Positions 1 to 9,282 of a DNA stretch of 35,945 bases are shown here, piece after piece. A program made the translations under genes and the position numbers. Position 1 is the first letter of the stretch. Each line of letters opens with the position of its first letter. The stretch is from a virus (lineage: Duplodnaviria > Caudoviricetes), in the IMG/VR virus record IMGVR_UViG_3300046779_000966, positions 1-35,945 of that record; one strand, 5' to 3'. Below the pieces are notes generated by a model. The model was given only the letters and a program-made list of their open reading frames with translations, searched no databases and was not told the origin of the DNA.

Positions 1-1
1 A

Positions 2-700
2 TTAGAAGCAGAAAGAATCGCAGCTGAAAAAGCAGCAGAGGAAGCTAGGATAGAAGCAGAAAGGCTTGAGGCAGAAAGAATTGCAGCCGAAAAGGCAGCA
101 GAAGAAGCCAGAATAGAGGCAGAGAGGGTTGCAGCAGAAGAGGCTGCTAAATTAGAAGCAGAGCGTTTGGCAGCTGAAAAGGCAAGACTAGAAGCCGAAA
201 GACTTGAGGCTGAAAGGCTAGAGGCTGAAAAAGCTAAAGAAGAAAAGCCAGAGCCTGAGCCATCAAAATCAGAAGAGGTAGTTGCTGAACTGCTCCAGGT
301 TGAGCCAGAGAAATTAACTGAAGCTCAGGTAGAACAATTGGTAGAAGCTGCAATGGAAACATTTGAAACTGCAGCTCCTGGATCTGAAGAATATCAGCAA
401 GCTCTTGAAGCACTAGCCGTAGCAGCAGAGGCTGATGATGAAAAGCTTCCAGAAGAGTTGGCAGCGATACCGCTTCTTGGTGACGTAGCTGGAGCAACTC
501 TAGAAGTATTTAATAATATTGGTAATGTTGGTGCAGACATGGCTCCTCAAGTCCGTGAACAGGCTGAGAAGACGGTTATTGCATCAGTTATTGCTGCTCA
601 GGCAGCAATTGGTGCTGTAAGTGCTGCCACCTCGGCAGCAACATCAGCAGCAGCATCCGCAACATCTTCGGGTGGCGGAACATCTAGGAGGATAAATTAA
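2..700 (+). CDS. 5'-truncated protein with EAER/AAEK coiled-coil repeats and an Ala-rich C-terminus (probable structural or membrane-associated protein)
   Basis: Frame is open from position 2 ([21 protein letters not shown]...) through the 167..700 ORF. Confidence 0.75.
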   Translation, partial: LEAERIAAEKAAEEARIEAERLEAERIAAEKAAEEARIEAERVAAEEAAKLEAERLAAEKARLEAERLEAERLEAEKAKEEKPEPEPSKSEEVVAELLQVEPEKLTEAQVEQLVEAAMETFETAAPGSEEYQQALEALAVAAEADDEKLPEELAAIPLLGDVAGATLEVFNNIGNVGADMAPQVREQAEKTVIASVIAAQAAIGAVSAATSAATSAAASATSSGGGTSRRIN

Positions 701-876
701 TGAAAAAATTCCTTAAAGATATGCTAGACCAGTCTTGGACACTCCTCGGTATGTTCGTAGCCTGGGTAGTATTAGAAGGATCTGCAAAGACAATTGTAGG
801 TTATTGCATTATGGGAACACTTGGAGTATGGGCACTAACGTACCCACTAAGAAACCCAAAGGAAGGAGATGAATAG
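700..876 (+). CDS. small two-TM membrane protein (58 aa)
   Basis: [27 protein letters not shown]...; ATG overlaps upstream TAA; AGGAGG RBS; missing from the ORF track. Confidence 0.75.
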   Translation: MKKFLKDMLDQSWTLLGMFVAWVVLEGSAKTIVGYCIMGTLGVWALTYPLRNPKEGDE

Positions 877-877
877 T

Positions 878-1150
878 ATGGAAGAAGAACTAGGCGTAAC
901 AGGTGGCTGGCACACCCTAAAAAACGTTCTCTGGAGAATTCTTGCTGTGTTTGCAGCATCTGGACTTAGCGTCCTTGGTGCTGGAGCTGTAGTAGGAATT
1001 GATCTACTATCAGCTGTTTTCATGGCAGGTATTCTTGGCGTGGCTACTGTAGTTGAAAGACTAGCACGTGCATTCCTTGATGACGGCAAGCTAACACTTG
1101 ACGAAATCAACTCTGCTTTTGCAAAGGTAGACAAGAACGACGGAAAATAA
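878..1150 (+). CDS. putative holin-like membrane protein
   Basis: Two hydrophobic segments, charged C-terminus (DDGKLTLDEIN), near the endolysin; start 878 preferred over 869 on RBS spacing. Confidence 0.55.
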   Translation: MEEELGVTGGWHTLKNVLWRILAVFAASGLSVLGAGAVVGIDLLSAVFMAGILGVATVVERLARAFLDDGKLTLDEINSAFAKVDKNDGK

Positions 1151-1165
1151 TTTTCTAGTAACCCC

Positions 1166-1194
1166 TTGACAACCCTCTCTGGTTGGTATACTAT
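1166..1194 (+). promoter_or_regulatory. sigmaA-type promoter enclosed by an inverted repeat
   Basis: TTGACA-N17-TACTAT; AACCCTCTCT (1171) pairs with AGAGAGGGTT (1208). Confidence 0.6.
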
Positions 1195-1222
1195 AGATAT
1201 ATCACCTAGAGAGGGTTTTCTT

Positions 1223-1402
1223 ATGGATAGTACTGAGCATTCAGATCTTCATGAGTGGATTCAGCAGGGTATTGACAAAGGTTGGATAAGCGAACCATTC
1301 TGTTATACTCATGATGGAGACCCATACATGACAGAAGAAGAAGAAAAAGAGTGGGAAGAGGGCGGAGATCCTTGCTCACCAGTTATTAAACTTTTGGTTT
1401 AA
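1223..1402 (+). CDS. hypothetical acidic protein
   Basis: ORF track; ATG downstream of the promoter; CxTHDG...GGDPC motif. Confidence 0.7.
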   Translation: MDSTEHSDLHEWIQQGIDKGWISEPFCYTHDGDPYMTEEEEKEWEEGGDPCSPVIKLLV

Positions 1403-1406
1403 TTGC

Positions 1407-1436
1407 TTGACAACTAAATAGAGTTTTGTGTATAAT
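1407..1436 (+). promoter_or_regulatory. promoter of the tRNA/ncRNA operon
   Basis: TTGACA-N18-TATAAT with extended -10 TG. Confidence 0.75.
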
Positions 1437-1450
1437 AGATATAACATGAC

Positions 1451-1536
1451 CTGATTGAGTATGGTGATTCTAGATTGATCCATATGCGAATCAGTGAGGT
1501 AATTACTCTGACGAGGTAGGCGTTGTCGTCCCTACC
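1451..1536 (+). ncRNA. candidate structured leader or ncRNA before tRNA-Asn
   Basis: Stems CTGATT/AATCAG, GTATGG/CCATAT, GGTAGG/CCTACC; no convincing ORF. Confidence 0.3.
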
Positions 1537-1540
1537 ACCT

Positions 1541-1612
1541 TCCTCACTAGCTCAACGGCAGAGCAACGAGCTGTTAACTCGTGGGTTCCTAGTTCGAATC
1601 TAGGGTGGGGAG
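1541..1612 (+). tRNA. tRNA-Asn(GTT)
   Basis: Cloverleaf; anticodon arm ACGAG-CTGTTAA-CTCGT; T-loop TTCGAAT. Confidence 0.95.
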
Positions 1613-1616
1613 CAAA

Positions 1617-1797
1617 CACAGAGACGACGGTTTCTGTGGAGTATGGCTGAATAATCCTCAGAGTCAAATGGGGGGGATAAGGCACTACCTGAACTTAGCG
1701 GTTCATCTTAGCGGATAAAGGGTAGGTGTGCTCAAAAGCGGATCTATGACGAGCCGTATTGACTAGGCACTGGTGGTAAAAGGCAATCCACCTACTC
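1617..1797 (+). ncRNA. candidate ~180 nt structured ncRNA inside the tRNA cluster
   Basis: Multiple hairpins, twin TTAGCG loops, potential pseudoknot AGTCAA/TTGACT. Confidence 0.5.
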
Positions 1798-1803
1798 ACT
1801 TTT

Positions 1804-1877
1804 GGCTTCGTAGCTCAGTTGGTTAGAGCACCACCCTGTCACGGTGGGGGTCGTGGGTTCAAGTCCCATCGGAGTCG
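1804..1877 (+). tRNA. tRNA-Asp(GTC)
   Basis: Cloverleaf; CCACC-CTGTCAC-GGTGG. Confidence 0.95.
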
Positions 1878-1881
1878 CTTC

Positions 1882-1956
<75 letters not shown>

Positions 1957-1957
1957 T

Positions 1958-2033
1958 GGTCCGTTGGAGTAGCGGTTATCTCGTCTCCCTTTCAAGGAGA
2001 AGATCGTGGGTTCGAATCCCATACGGACTGCCA
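1958..2033 (+). tRNA. tRNA-Glu(TTC)
   Basis: Cloverleaf; TCTCC-CTTTCAA-GGAGA; encoded CCA. Confidence 0.95.
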
Positions 2034-2110
2034 AATAAAAATTATATTCTATACCATGCCACCATAGCGTAGCATGGTATAATTATTTTGACAGATAAAG
2101 GAGAAACACT

Positions 2111-2866
2111 ATGTCAAAATATCAATATCCTATTGATGGTGCTATGGGTAAAACCTGGAAGATCACCAGCAAGATGGGTTGGAGAATCCACCCAGTTAAA
2201 AAGGAAAAGAAGCACCACAACGGTACAGACATTTGTGGTCTAGGCAAGGGTCCTTGGTATATCGAGGCTTTTGCTGATGGAAAGGTGCTAAAGGCTCAGG
2301 TATCTACTGCGCCTGGTGGTGGCTTTGGTCACTACGTAGTTATTCAGCACAAGATTGATGGAGAGTTTTATACCTCTCTATACGCACACTTGGTTCCTGG
2401 ATCAATTCAGGTTAAGGTTGGTCAGAAGGTTACTGCTGGAACAGTTCTTGGTAAGATGGGTACATCTGGTATGTCTACTGGTGTACACCTTCACTGGGAA
2501 ATCTGGAAGGGCAAGAGCCATGGATGGTCTGCCGATGGTAAGGGCTTTGTTGAGCCAGTTGGCTTTGTCAAGGCACTCATGACCGCTGAAAAGGCAAAGG
2601 CATTTGCCAATGAGGCAACTCCAGAAGATGCTCCTGCAGAAGTTATCAAGGTAGCTGCACCAGTAGCTGCTAAGCCTGCAGTAGCACCAAAGCCAGTAGC
2701 TAAGGCACCTGCAAAGGCACCAGCCAAGGTATACAAGGTAAAGTCTGGAGATACTCTAAGTGGTATTGCAGCAAAGCACAAGACAACTGTAGCTGTTTTG
2801 GTCAAGCTAAATGGCATCAAGGATGCTAGCAAGATTAGCGTTGGTCAGTCAATTAAGCTACCATAA
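2111..2866 (+). CDS. endolysin: M23 peptidase, Ala/Pro/Lys linker, LysM domain
   Basis: [19 protein letters not shown]23 motifs; C-terminal [13 protein letters not shown] LysM. Confidence 0.92.
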   Translation: MSKYQYPIDGAMGKTWKITSKMGWRIHPVKKEKKHHNGTDICGLGKGPWYIEAFADGKVLKAQVSTAPGGGFGHYVVIQHKIDGEFYTSLYAHLVPGSIQVKVGQKVTAGTVLGKMGTSGMSTGVHLHWEIWKGKSHGWSADGKGFVEPVGFVKALMTAEKAKAFANEATPEDAPAEVIKVAAPVAAKPAVAPKPVAKAPAKAPAKVYKVKSGDTLSGIAAKHKTTVAVLVKLNGIKDASKISVGQSIKLP

Positions 2867-2882
2867 TTAGAAAAAGATATCT

Positions 2883-3098
2883 GTGGGTTTTTTAAGAGAA
2901 GATTCTAAAAAATATACGCTGGCTAAAACTATCAGTTGGTACGTAATCCATATTACATGGATGGTCCTTATAGGATATATACTAACTGGTAGTTTTGCCG
3001 TGGGTATTGCTATTGCACTACTTGAAACATTGGGGGAGTCCGTGCTATACTATACTCACGAAAGATCGTGGCTGAGAATTAGAAAGAGATTTGAGTAA
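2883..3098 (+). CDS. DUF2061-like small membrane protein
   Basis: AKTISW...LYYTHERSW pattern. Confidence 0.7.
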   Translation: MGFLREDSKKYTLAKTISWYVIHITWMVLIGYILTGSFAVGIAIALLETLGESVLYYTHERSWLRIRKRFE

Positions 3099-3274
3099 TG
3101 CCAACATATGAATATGTTTGTAAGGCTTGTGAACATAGCTTTACTGAGGTTAGAAGTATCCATGAGCCGTCACCAGAACACATCTGTGAGAAGTGTGGGT
3201 ACAGAATGGTCCAAGTAATTGGTGGCATTGGTATTCAGTTTAAGGGTAGCGGATTCTACAGGACGGACAAGTAA
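3098..3274 (+). CDS. FmdB-family zinc ribbon protein
   Basis: MPTYEYVCKAC...CEKCG...FKGSGFYRTD; missing from the ORF track. Confidence 0.9.
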   Translation: MPTYEYVCKACEHSFTEVRSIHEPSPEHICEKCGYRMVQVIGGIGIQFKGSGFYRTDK

Positions 3275-3520
3275 TTGGAACAGACACTACAGCAAGAGTG
3301 GACACTAAACGCCACTGATCGTTGTGATGGACCTGGATGCAGTGCCCAGGCATACGTGAGGGTAACTGGAGTCACAGGAGAACTTTACTTCTGTTCCCAT
3401 CACTATAATAAGATTACTAATAATGAGTCTGCAAATGAAAAGATGAAAGCATTTGCATACGATATTATAGACGAACGAGAACGACTAATCGAAAATAGAT
3501 TGGTAGGAAGCGAGAACTAA
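3275..3520 (+). CDS. hypothetical Zn-binding protein (DRCD...C.AQAYV...FCSHH)
   Basis: ORF track; Cys/His pattern; coupled to neighbours. Confidence 0.7.
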   Translation: MEQTLQQEWTLNATDRCDGPGCSAQAYVRVTGVTGELYFCSHHYNKITNNESANEKMKAFAYDIIDERERLIENRLVGSEN

Positions 3521-3927
3521 TGTACGAGTACTATGTAAAAGAAGTAACCAACGTAGTAGATGGAGATACCATTGACGTTGTAATTGATTTGGGTTTTGAC
3601 ATTTTGTTTATGTCACGTGTTAGACTGGCTGGTATCGATACCCCAGAGTCACGCACCTCAGATAAGGCTGAGAAAGTTCTTGGCTTGGAAGCTAAGGAAT
3701 ACCTAAAGAAGCAGATTAAGGCTGCTAAGAATATTGTAATTCGTACAGAGAAGATGGACTCGTCTGAGAAGTATGGTCGCATCCTCGGCTGGGTATACCT
3801 TGATGGGTCTTCTGAGTCTGTCAATAACAAGATGATCAATGATGGTTATGCTTGGGGATACTTGGGAGAAACTAAGATTAAAGACTTCGAAGTATTGGCA
3901 AAAGCAAGAGCTAAATCTGGCAAGTAG
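3520..3927 (+). CDS. thermonuclease (SNase-like) family protein
   Basis: VVDGDT, VRLAGIDTPE, KYGRIL motifs. Confidence 0.92.
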   Translation: MYEYYVKEVTNVVDGDTIDVVIDLGFDILFMSRVRLAGIDTPESRTSDKAEKVLGLEAKEYLKKQIKAAKNIVIRTEKMDSSEKYGRILGWVYLDGSSESVNNKMINDGYAWGYLGETKIKDFEVLAKARAKSGK

Positions 3928-3943
3928 CTAGTATAATAGACTT

Positions 3944-4378
3944 ATGGAATACATTATTGGTATAGCCATAGGCATAGCGTCTGTTGTTATCGTATCTTTA
4001 CTGAGAGCAAAGAGCATTCCTATGGTGGGTAAGCTCAAGCTACGCTCTAGCCAAAGTCGGGTATACGATCAGCTAAGACCAGCCTATGAAATAATGGCTA
4101 TGCTAAAACCAGGTAAGCCACTAATCAGTCAGGCATCCAAACACATGCAAGAGAACTCTGTCAGATTCCTTACAATGGAAAACAAAGTTTACTGGATTAA
4201 AGATAATACAGTATTTGTTGCAGACATCCCAGACGAAGGGATATCTTCTATTGGAGAGGCAGCTGCTACGCCTGTTGACATGATGTCGCTTGATAAGATA
4301 GAGTTGGATAAAATGATTTTTATTGTAGAGAAACTAACGGAAGGATTGGCTAATGATAGTAGCAATTCAGGGAACTAA
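3944..4378 (+). CDS. hypothetical protein with N-terminal TM, probably leaderless
   Basis: TATAAT at 3932, 6 nt before ATG. Confidence 0.7.
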   Translation: MEYIIGIAIGIASVVIVSLLRAKSIPMVGKLKLRSSQSRVYDQLRPAYEIMAMLKPGKPLISQASKHMQENSVRFLTMENKVYWIKDNTVFVADIPDEGISSIGEAAATPVDMMSLDKIELDKMIFIVEKLTEGLANDSSNSGN

Positions 4379-4703
4379 GTCGTTCTCAGATTACAATATC
4401 TTTTTGAGAGCAATGGGCACAGCAATGTCAATGCTTCAAGAAGGTGACAATGAGTTCTTGATTTTTTCAGCAGGACCTGCTAAAATAAATTCAATGGCAA
4501 TGGAGTTTTCCAACATCTCTGAGAGAAGTTTGAAGGCTAGAGGTATCAAGATTAAACTAATCAAGGTTCCTCCTAGCTGGATTCGTGAAAACATTCATGA
4601 CGTAGACTATTTCGTATACTTAAGCAAGCCAAAAGAGCCATACTCGGATCTTGTGGAGCTTGCAGAATCTAAAGATATCGAAGTGGGAATCTACCGCTAT
4701 TAA
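4353..4703 (+). CDS. hypothetical protein, possibly SLOG/YspA-like
   Basis: N-terminal IVAIQGTKSFSDY resembles SLOG openings; weak. Confidence 0.55.
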   Translation: MIVAIQGTKSFSDYNIFLRAMGTAMSMLQEGDNEFLIFSAGPAKINSMAMEFSNISERSLKARGIKIKLIKVPPSWIRENIHDVDYFVYLSKPKEPYSDLVELAESKDIEVGIYRY

Positions 4704-4787
4704 AGTTCCTGCCAAGAAGGCAGGCACACAAAGCCTTGCGGAATAGCATGGCTATATATCTAACCATAAATAAAGGTAATTTAACAG

Positions 4788-5006
4788 GTGATCAAAATGA
4801 TGATTAACTCACTTGAAAAAATGACAGACATCGTTGAAGCTAACAAGTCTTTGGACTGGATTGGCTGGGACGTTGTTGAGCGCAAGTACTCTCCTACTGC
4901 TTGGACAAAGCAAGACGGAGTGTTTATCAACGGTAAGTGGTACACGCAAAAGAAATTTGCTCTTTCCGCAGACGGTTGGGAGATTCCAAACAAGTTTGTG
5001 AGGTAG
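4788..5006 (+). CDS. hypothetical protein (Trp-rich)
   Basis: ORF track; start uncertain (4788, 4797 or 4800). Confidence 0.7.
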   Translation: MIKMMINSLEKMTDIVEANKSLDWIGWDVVERKYSPTAWTKQDGVFINGKWYTQKKFALSADGWEIPNKFVR

Positions 5007-5009
5007 CTA

Positions 5010-5297
5010 ATGCAATCTCACAAATGGATGGAGAAGGCTGCTTGTCAAAACTTTGACGTAGAGCTTTTCTTCGATAAGTACGAGGAAGATCTTGCGCTAA
5101 GACCAGCTATCGATAAGCTATGTTCTGAGTGTCCTGTAGCGAGGCAATGCTTTGCTGTTGGGGTTTCTCAGAAGGCTTACGGTGTTTGGGGTGGTGTTTA
5201 TCTAGACAATGGGAAAATCTCTCGTGAGTTTGGTAGACATAGATCCAAGGCAGACTGGTCTGAAACCTGGAAGTATCTGACAACAGATAAGGAATAA
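5010..5297 (+). CDS. whiB: WhiB-family transcription factor
   Basis: W...AAC...FF...C..CPV...C...GVWGG. Confidence 0.92.
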   Translation: MQSHKWMEKAACQNFDVELFFDKYEEDLALRPAIDKLCSECPVARQCFAVGVSQKAYGVWGGVYLDNGKISREFGRHRSKADWSETWKYLTTDKE

Positions 5298-5298
5298 A

Positions 5299-5544
5299 AT
5301 GTACACTGATGCAATGAGAATGGCTTTTCATTCATTAGACGGCACAGGACCAAAGAACTTTCATCTTCAGATTATTGATAATGATACGTTTCTTACAGTC
5401 AAGGCTAGTGAAAATCAATTCATGAAACTACTTGACGAAGACAAGCGTCGTGCTGTAGAATATATGGTGAAAGTAAAAAAAGCATTGGAAGACAATGGAG
5501 CTATTGTTTTGCTAGTGCGTGAAGGTGGAAAAGAGACATACTGA
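5299..5544 (+). CDS. hypothetical protein
   Basis: ORF with AAGGA RBS. Confidence 0.75.
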   Translation: MYTDAMRMAFHSLDGTGPKNFHLQIIDNDTFLTVKASENQFMKLLDEDKRRAVEYMVKVKKALEDNGAIVLLVREGGKETY

Positions 5545-6032
5545 TGCAAACATTCTTGCCGTCTAAGGACTTTGATACAGCTGCAAATATGCTGGACTCT
5601 AAGCGTCTTAACAAGCAGATCTTAGAGTGCTATCAAATCCTTAAGGTTCTGTCCAATCTTTCGCCTACTGGTGGATGGCGTAACCATCCTGCAGTTAAGA
5701 TGTGGAGAGGACACGAGGCTGTGCTGTATAGCTACACCATGTCAATGGTTAAAGAAGCTAAGCAGCGTGGCATCAAAACGGATAAGAATGAAGCAAACAT
5801 AGCTGAACTCAAAGGTATTGCTGGAGAGTATTGGGGTACTGATATGCCAAAGTGGTACAGTAATTCTGAAACCATGATGCGTATTGTAACTACTCACCAA
5901 GCAAACCTTTACCACAAAGATCCAATTGCTTATTTTCAATTTGAGGTATCTGCATTCAGTGAGCTTAACCAGCCTTGCTGTGAAGGTTGCAAATACTTCT
6001 GGGTAACACACACAGAGAGGGTAGCTGCATGA
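5544..6032 (+). CDS. pyrimidine-dimer DNA glycosylase / endonuclease V-like (MSMEG_6728 family)
   Basis: MQTFLP...LDSKRLNKQILE..QIL...W.NHPAVKMW.G. Confidence 0.85.
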   Translation: MQTFLPSKDFDTAANMLDSKRLNKQILECYQILKVLSNLSPTGGWRNHPAVKMWRGHEAVLYSYTMSMVKEAKQRGIKTDKNEANIAELKGIAGEYWGTDMPKWYSNSETMMRIVTTHQANLYHKDPIAYFQFEVSAFSELNQPCCEGCKYFWVTHTERVAA

Positions 6033-6409
6033 ATTGGATAGAAATAGCAGTCTATGCAGTAGCAACACTGCTCTTTGTCTATATCGCAATTGACAACATT
6101 CGAGTCAGACTTCTGTACAAGAAGAATGTTCAGATGTTGCTACAACTAACGATAGACAATAATAATTTAATAAATGAATACTCGAAGTTGGTTGCTTCCA
6201 CTAGCAATAGTGGAGCAGCTGACCGAGAGGGTTTTATCAAGTTTCTGTCAGAATCTAGGGATATGGCATTTAGCTACATTGAAAAATTCCAGGCAGCTCT
6301 GTCTGAGTTTAATGATGCTAAAAAGTCTGGCAATGTAGAAAAGATTGCACAATCTACTACAAAGCTATTAGATCTCTTGCCAGAAGAAACAACTAGTCGT
6401 AATGACTAA
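6029..6409 (+). CDS. membrane-anchored hypothetical protein
   Basis: N-terminal TM from MNWIEIAV; ATG overlaps upstream TGA. Confidence 0.7.
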   Translation: MNWIEIAVYAVATLLFVYIAIDNIRVRLLYKKNVQMLLQLTIDNNNLINEYSKLVASTSNSGAADREGFIKFLSESRDMAFSYIEKFQAALSEFNDAKKSGNVEKIAQSTTKLLDLLPEETTSRND

Positions 6410-6425
6410 TTAAATAGGAGAAACA

Positions 6426-6803
6426 ATGAACGCACAACTAAAGCAATTGCTAGCCTCATACGGTCGCTCAGTACTTGGTGCTGCAGTGGCACTGTATCTA
6501 GCAGGAGTCCCAATTGAGGACTTGCTTTACTCGCTAGTAGCAGCACTGCTACCAGTAGCAATTCGATACATTAATCCAAACGATCCTGCATTCGGTCGCC
6601 TTCCAAAGGCATCAGAGGTGCAGACAGCTTTGCTGACACCAGGTGAGCCAGTGCTTACCAAGGAGTGGGTAGAGAAGAATCGTGCGACTATCGAAAAGCT
6701 ACAGGCTGAGTACAAGAAGCAGCAGACGGCAGCAACTGCAAAGAAGCCAGCTGCAAAGAAGTCATCTGGTGGTGGCGGTAGTAAGCCAGCTGCTAAGCAG
6801 TAG
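6426..6803 (+). CDS. putative holin-like membrane protein with basic tail
   Basis: SYGRS..TM..PVAIRYINPNDPAFG; AGGAG RBS. Confidence 0.6.
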   Translation: MNAQLKQLLASYGRSVLGAAVALYLAGVPIEDLLYSLVAALLPVAIRYINPNDPAFGRLPKASEVQTALLTPGEPVLTKEWVEKNRATIEKLQAEYKKQQTAATAKKPAAKKSSGGGGSKPAAKQ

Positions 6804-6816
6804 CGGATAACCTATA

Positions 6817-6848
6817 AGACGGACTCTCTTAATTGAGGGTCCGTTTTT
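6817..6848. terminator. intrinsic terminator between convergent genes
   Basis: AGACGGACTCTC/GAGGGTCCGTTT hairpin plus T-run. Confidence 0.8.
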
Positions 6849-8761
6849 TAATGCTGTGAGAATGACTTATAGTTTATATAGATATTGCCATATCCAGCAG
6901 CTCTAAAGTTCTGGCATAGAACAACCATTTCACAGTCAGGCTCTTTGGTTTCAGTATTGATCCAGTGATGCTTTACGCCATTCCTGAATGGCTCAGCACG
7001 GTACAGACAAAGACCATTAGATGTAGAGTAATACTCACCATACTGCTTTCTCTTCCAGTCACGTTCTAGCTCTGAGTTCTGCTCATTAAATACAGCAGAT
7101 GTTCTAGTTGCCCACCAGTCATAGTGAGTGCCATTCGATCTTAGCGAAACAGCAGATACAACATGGAAGTCTGGCACCTGGTCTTCAAACTTAAACAAAT
7201 TAACTACTGATTCTGGGGTATACACATTGTCACCCTCAACCATCAATACATAGTCAACGAACTCTATGAAGCCACCACCATGGACTCCCTTGTTTCTAGC
7301 AATGGCTAGATTGTGAACACGCTCTTCATCCTTGGTAGAGCCAAATAATCTTGTACCAATATCCTCAGAAACGATTGATACGCCAGATAGAAATGACCAG
7401 TCATGAGAGAATAGTCTTTGCTTTGTTCCATCATCAGAATCATTTTCATAAATAGATAGATAGAAATCAAACTGTGGCAATGCTTTAACGATCGCTCGTA
7501 TCTGATTATTGTATTGTGTAATCTTTTTTGCATTGTTTCTAATGATTGAATAGATAAGAACTTTCTTCTTTTGCTTCGGCACAGGCATGATCGATTCTTT
7601 TAGTTGCACATCATCTAGAATTGATCCAACGAACTTGGCATAATCTTGCTTAATTGTGGTCCAGGAAAAGCTCTTAGAAAGCTCGTATCCCTTATTTGCA
7701 AATTGGGGGTATATATCAGTACCCCCCAAATATACAATCTGTTCTAGAGCCTCGTCAGCATTGTTAGCAATAAGCATAGTGTCCGCTATTTCTTGCTCAG
7801 AGAATCCTCTTGCACCTATCGATGACGTAATAATTGGAATGCCATAGCTAAGTGCTTTCATCATCTTTAGATGTGTGCCTGCTCCTGACTCCATCAGGTT
7901 GATAAAAGCAAATGAATTACTAAAAAGATCATCAAGCTTTTCGTCAGACACCCTTCCTAGAGGAATAACATTCTTTGGCAAATCCTTAATAGACTTAACA
8001 GAGTTAGATGCATCGCCACAAAGTATAAAGTTGTATCCTGGTGCAAGCCTGGCAACATTAACAACGTTCTTACATGCTACGCTGTTTGGTGGATGACCAG
8101 ATCCAACAAAGATTATATCCTTAGAACCTTTTCTTGCACTTGGCTCTATCTTATTTCTTTCCTCGCTACCGTTTGGTATATACAAAAGCTCTTTTCCAGA
8201 TAGGTCGTAGAACTCTTGCATCGCTTCCAAGTCTTCCTGTGAGCAGTAGGTAATAGCATTGGCTTTTGCGATTGCCATACCTTCCATTCGCTTCACAGCT
8301 TCTACTGCAAACTCGTCATCTGGATACATCTGGTTAGCCATAACAATCTCAGCATTGTGTGAGTTATATACAATAGGAATACCATCAATATGCTGAATTA
8401 GTGGGGCAGTTGCATAGTGGTCAAGAATAAGTATGTCAGCACTTCTAGCCAAGTCTGATACCCTTTTCCTAAAGTGCTTAAGGTATGGCTCACAAAGATC
8501 AAATGCTATGTCGTAATTATTCTTAGCTTGCTTTCTAATAAAGAATTCTCGCTTCTTGTATGCCATAGACTCTACTGGCTCAACGATCTGTACCAGGTTT
8601 GGGGTAATGTGGTTTGTTTCTTGCTGACTGTCCCACGAAAATGTCAGGAATGTTACATGGTCATTTGGGAATGACTCTGCTAGGGTTGCTGTTCTTTCAA
8701 CTCCACCACTGTTCTTTACCCACTTTTTAAGGTTAGAACTTACTACTAAAATATTAGCCAT
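6848..8761 (-). CDS. two-domain glycosyltransferase: GT-B (GT4-like) fused to a GT-A-like C-terminal domain
   Basis: GGVER, HNAE, FVGS, KMMKALSYGIPIITS; C-terminal YENDSDDGT, LAIARN, CEMVV. Confidence 0.85.
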   Translation of the reverse strand: MANILVVSSNLKKWVKNSGGVERTATLAESFPNDHVTFLTFSWDSQQETNHITPNLVQIVEPVESMAYKKREFFIRKQAKNNYDIAFDLCEPYLKHFRKRVSDLARSADILILDHYATAPLIQHIDGIPIVYNSHNAEIVMANQMYPDDEFAVEAVKRMEGMAIAKANAITYCSQEDLEAMQEFYDLSGKELLYIPNGSEERNKIEPSARKGSKDIIFVGSGHPPNSVACKNVVNVARLAPGYNFILCGDASNSVKSIKDLPKNVIPLGRVSDEKLDDLFSNSFAFINLMESGAGTHLKMMKALSYGIPIITSSIGARGFSEQEIADTMLIANNADEALEQIVYLGGTDIYPQFANKGYELSKSFSWTTIKQDYAKFVGSILDDVQLKESIMPVPKQKKKVLIYSIIRNNAKKITQYNNQIRAIVKALPQFDFYLSIYENDSDDGTKQRLFSHDWSFLSGVSIVSEDIGTRLFGSTKDEERVHNLAIARNKGVHGGGFIEFVDYVLMVEGDNVYTPESVVNLFKFEDQVPDFHVVSAVSLRSNGTHYDWWATRTSAVFNEQNSELERDWKRKQYGEYYSTSNGLCLYRAEPFRNGVKHHWINTETKEPDCEMVVLCQNFRAAGYGNIYINYKSFSQH

Positions 8762-8784
8762 TATTAACTTTCTGCTAGACAACC

Positions 8785-8804
8785 ATTATACCATCTGCTA
8801 TAAT
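8785..8804. promoter_or_regulatory. back-to-back extended -10 promoters (GT and Hsp20)
   Basis: ATTATACCA-TC-TGCTATAAT, flanked by AACC/GGTT. Confidence 0.7.
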
Positions 8805-8809
8805 GGTTA

Positions 8810-8862
8810 TGCCTGCCAATTGGGGGCAATTAACTCGCTAAATATTAGGAGATGATAATATG
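8810..8862 (+). promoter_or_regulatory. ROSE-like RNA thermometer leader
   Basis: CTCGCT (8834-8839) can pair with SD AGGAG (8847-8851) with a bulged G, upstream of a small heat shock gene. Confidence 0.55.
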
Positions 8863-9282
8863 GTATACACACGTACACCACACCTAGGAAGAGACCTCTT
8901 CCCATTTGGAAACCTTGCTCAGGAATTTGAGAAGGCATTCAATCAGCCAGTAAAGGCATCTTATCCACCATACAACGTAATTAAGGTAGACTCTGACGAG
9001 TGGATCCTTGAGTTCGCTGTTGCTGGACTAAACAAGAATCACCTGGATGTAACTGTACACAACGGTGTTCTAACAATCAAGAACAACACTAACGACATTG
9101 ATTTGCCAGAGGGTCAGGAATACCTGCACAAGGGCATTGCAAACCGTAAGTTTGTTCGATCATTTAGTCTGCCAGAACACACAGAGGTTCTAAAGGCTGA
9201 AACTCGTGACGGCATCTTGAGCATCACTCTAGTACGAGTAGTACCAGAGGAAAAGAAGCCAAAAACTATTGCTATTGATTAG
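8860..9282 (+). CDS. Hsp20/IbpA-like small heat shock protein
   Basis: YPPYNV, AVAG, YLHKGIA.RKF.R.F.L, DGILSI. Confidence 0.95.
   Translation: MVYTRTPHLGRDLFPFGNLAQEFEKAFNQPVKASYPPYNVIKVDSDEWILEFAVAGLNKNHLDVTVHNGVLTIKNNTNDIDLPEGQEYLHKGIANRKFVRSFSLPEHTEVLKAETRDGILSITLVRVVPEEKKPKTIAID

Noticed and set aside
1508-1540. CTGACGAG followed by a hairpin, resembling a hammerhead ribozyme core
   Set aside because: No GAAA after stem II and no closing stems I/III
1503-1685. 60-aa minus-strand ORF
   Set aside because: Overlaps tRNA-Asn and structured RNA on the other strand
1617-1797. tmRNA, SRP RNA or RNase P identity for the unassigned RNA
   Set aside because: No tRNA-like ends or tag ORF, no SRP domain IV GGAA motif, too short and lacking RNase P P4 signatures
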